This document shows, one piece after another, positions 61,785-64,000 of a DNA stretch of 64,000 bases; position 1 is the first letter of the stretch, and every line of letters begins with the position of its first letter. The stretch is from assembly GCA_945897885.1 (NCBI GenBank), contig CAMDGU010000005.1, positions 9,105-73,104 on the forward strand. Reading direction: 5' to 3'. The notes below the pieces were generated by a model, which did not search any database, was not told the DNA's origin, and saw only the letters and a program-made list of their open reading frames with translations. The DNA is from Chitinophaga pinensis. GTDB taxonomy: Bacteria; Bacteroidota; Bacteroidia; NS11-12g; UBA9320. The position numbers and the translations under genes are program-made.

Positions 61785-61798
61785 GGGTCAGTAACTAT

Positions 61799-64000
61799 AT
61801 GAAATTGAGTATTAAACTTTTCGTTTGTTTTAGTTTACTCACATTTAACTCTTTTGCTCAGGTTAATAGTCTTCAAAAATTAATATCGAATTCTGCATGG
61901 GATTCCCTATTTCCGAAGCGTGCAGGCACTTATGGAACTCATCCTCAGGGTTACACTTCCGATTTTTATTCCTATAAAAATCTCAATCAGGCTGCCAATG
62001 AAATGGCCGATTACTTTGTACTAATTAGAACAAAAAAAGGCGTTTGGGGCCAACTAATTACCATCACCAGAAAATCCAATTTAAAGACGTATGTTTATTC
62101 AGATGTAGATTCCTGGTGGTATTCTAATACCACACCTGAAACCATTGTGGTTGTTGATTTCGAAGATTTTCTCAATGAAAACTCACAAACAAACAATAAG
62201 CGAGAACTAGCTGCTTTTTTGGCTAATATTTCTAAAGAAACAACAGGAGGATGGGAATTTCCGGTAGGTGGAGGTTCAGCAGGGGACTATGCCAAGTGGG
62301 GACTTTACTTTGTTCATGAAGTTGGATATACCCGAACCAATGGAAAAGGTACCTACTCCCAAACACATGCCGAATATCCTCCGGATTCAAGCGTTGGGTA
62401 TTACGGAAGAGGTCCTATTCAATTATCATGGAACTATAACTACGGTCAATTCAGTAAATTTATTTATTACGATAAAAATGTCTTGTTAAAATATCCAGAC
62501 TCCTTACAAGAAAACGGGGTTTTAGCATTTAAAAGTGCTATTTGGTTTTGGATGATGCCCCAATGTCCAAAACCTTCTTGTCATCAGGTGATGCACGATC
62601 AATGGTTACACGACAGTGCTTATTCGTCCTCTAAAATGTATTATAAAGGTTTTGCACATACCAATAATATCATTAACGGAGGGCTAGAATGCCGATCATA
62701 TTCCTCCTCTGCCTTCACCCAAAAAGTGGTTTTACGTTCAAAACTTTACAAGTATTATCTTGGAATAATGGGCTTTAACTCAAGTGGAATTTCTAAAGAA
62801 GATTCTCTTGGATACTCTACTTTATGCTATTCTTCATCTTCAAATGCCATGCAAGATTATGTGAATTGTAAAGTCGACAAATCATATCTTGGTTCTTTTG
62901 GAATTGACACTAAAAAAGCTTGTGGATCTTTAAAATGGATTGATGGTAAAACCTATACTAGAAGTACAAAAACAGTAAAGTTTAATATTGTTAAAGGGGA
63001 TAAAAACGGAAATGACAGTTTAGTAATTCTAAACCTTACAATTAATCCAACCGCAAAAGGCATTGATAATCGTACCGAATGTCATTCGTATACCTGGATT
63101 GATGGGAAAACTTACACAGCAAGCAATGACACTTCTAAATACCAAATAAAAGGTGGTGCGGCAAACGGATGTGATAGTATCGTTTATCTCAAATTAACCA
63201 TTCTTCCAATTGCTTTAGGTATTGATAAACAAACTTCCTGTCAATCTATTACTTGGATAGATGGAAAGACTTACACAGCTAGTAATGATACTGCTACTTA
63301 TAGCATTGCCGGTGGTGCTTCCAATGGTTGTGATAGTATAGTTAAGCTAAAATTAACCATTCTTCCAGTTGCTTATGGAATTGATTCACATGTAACCTGT
63401 AATTCTTTTACCTGGATTGATGGAAAGACCTACACAACCAGCAACGATTCGGCTACATTTCGCATTTCTAATGGTGCTTCAAGCGGTTGTGATAGTATTA
63501 TAATGCTTAATTTAAAAATTCTACCACTCTCTTTTGGTATCGATAATCAAAAAGCTTGTAATTCGTTTACCTGGATAGATGGAAAGAACTACACAAAGAA
63601 TAATGATTCGGCTACTTACCTTATTTTGGGTGGAGCTGCCAGTGGTTGTGATAGTTTGGTTACCTTAAAATTAACTATCAATACTCTAAATGTTTCAGTA
63701 ATTAAAGATAGTTTAGTGCTTACCGCTTCGTCCGTGGGTGACTCTTACCAATGGGTTGATTGTAAAAACGGCTACTCTCCCATTGATGGAGAAACTAACC
63801 AATCATTTATCGTAAAATTAAACGGAAGTTATGCTGTAATTGTTACTAAAAATGGTTGTGTTGATACCTCTGATTGTTATACCATAGCTAATTTGGGTAT
63901 TCACCAACTTAATCTATCAACCTATTTAGTGGCTTATCCAAATCCTAGTCATGACAATTTTTTAATAAACTTTTCAGGACAATCTAAAGAACTCTATTTC
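61799..64000 (+). CDS. GH19 chitinase-like protein with five tandem repeats and T9SS CTD (runs off the window; absent from the ORF track)
   Basis: Hand translation: MKLSIKLFVCF signal, KRELAAFLANISKETTGGW, GLYFVHE, YYGRGPIQLSWNYNYG, AIWFWM, IINGGLEC, and YPNPS near the end. Confidence 0.9.
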   Translation, partial: MKLSIKLFVCFSLLTFNSFAQVNSLQKLISNSAWDSLFPKRAGTYGTHPQGYTSDFYSYKNLNQAANEMADYFVLIRTKKGVWGQLITITRKSNLKTYVYSDVDSWWYSNTTPETIVVVDFEDFLNENSQTNNKRELAAFLANISKETTGGWEFPVGGGSAGDYAKWGLYFVHEVGYTRTNGKGTYSQTHAEYPPDSSVGYYGRGPIQLSWNYNYGQFSKFIYYDKNVLLKYPDSLQENGVLAFKSAIWFWMMPQCPKPSCHQVMHDQWLHDSAYSSSKMYYKGFAHTNNIINGGLECRSYSSSAFTQKVVLRSKLYKYYLGIMGFNSSGISKEDSLGYSTLCYSSSSNAMQDYVNCKVDKSYLGSFGIDTKKACGSLKWIDGKTYTRSTKTVKFNIVKGDKNGNDSLVILNLTINPTAKGIDNRTECHSYTWIDGKTYTASNDTSKYQIKGGAANGCDSIVYLKLTILPIALGIDKQTSCQSITWIDGKTYTASNDTATYSIAGGASNGCDSIVKLKLTILPVAYGIDSHVTCNSFTWIDGKTYTTSNDSATFRISNGASSGCDSIIMLNLKILPLSFGIDNQKACNSFTWIDGKNYTKNNDSATYLILGGAASGCDSLVTLKLTINTLNVSVIKDSLVLTASSVGDSYQWVDCKNGYSPIDGETNQSFIVKLNGSYAVIVTKNGCVDTSDCYTIANLGIHQLNLSTYLVAYPNPSHDNFLINFSGQSKELYF
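62900..63694 (+). repeat. five 159-bp (53-aa) intragenic repeats
   Basis: WIDGK codons start at 62936, 63095, 63254, 63413 and 63572 (exact 159-bp period). Confidence 0.92.

Noticed and set aside
62268..62489. 73-aa ORF in the track
   Set aside because: Out-of-frame shadow inside the GH19 gene.
62900..63694. Regular 159-bp repeats as a possible CRISPR array or diversity-generating element
   Set aside because: In-frame protein repeats with synonymous divergence; no spacers, cas genes or reverse transcriptase.

Overview
AT-rich chromosomal window from a Bacteroidota bacterium, judged from T9SS C-terminal domains, TAnnTTTG promoters and gene content. Most of it is housekeeping: murF, lolD-like ABC ATPase, metB-like enzyme, kdsB, fsa/tal, LemA-TPM-TPM, hisS, tRNA-Met, gcvP, fabD, pckA, SUI1, rplS, pyrG, TrmH and mutS. 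Accessory modules are a GDP-heptose operon (hddA-hddC-gmhB), a partial carotenoid operon (crtD-cruF-crtZ-crtB), several T9SS cargo proteins and a GH19 chitinase with five 53-aa repeats that the ORF track missed. The best candidate for an undescribed system is a putative metal (probably copper) module. It comprises a Cys-motif/RPP leader ORF followed by a hairpin, a CDICGC beta-barrel, a His-rich lipoprotein and a separated MbnP-like lipoprotein whose WxW motif is WGM, with no MbnH in the window. Other candidates are a translationally coupled DinB-NRDE-ATP-grasp operon and an exported 687-aa protein with a caspase/CHAT-like His-Cys motif. Intergenic DNA holds several families of covarying palindromes and short tandem repeats plus a frameshifted lipoprotein pseudogene. 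No CRISPR array, rRNA, transposase or prophage was seen. All family calls come from motif recognition by eye; no searches were run.
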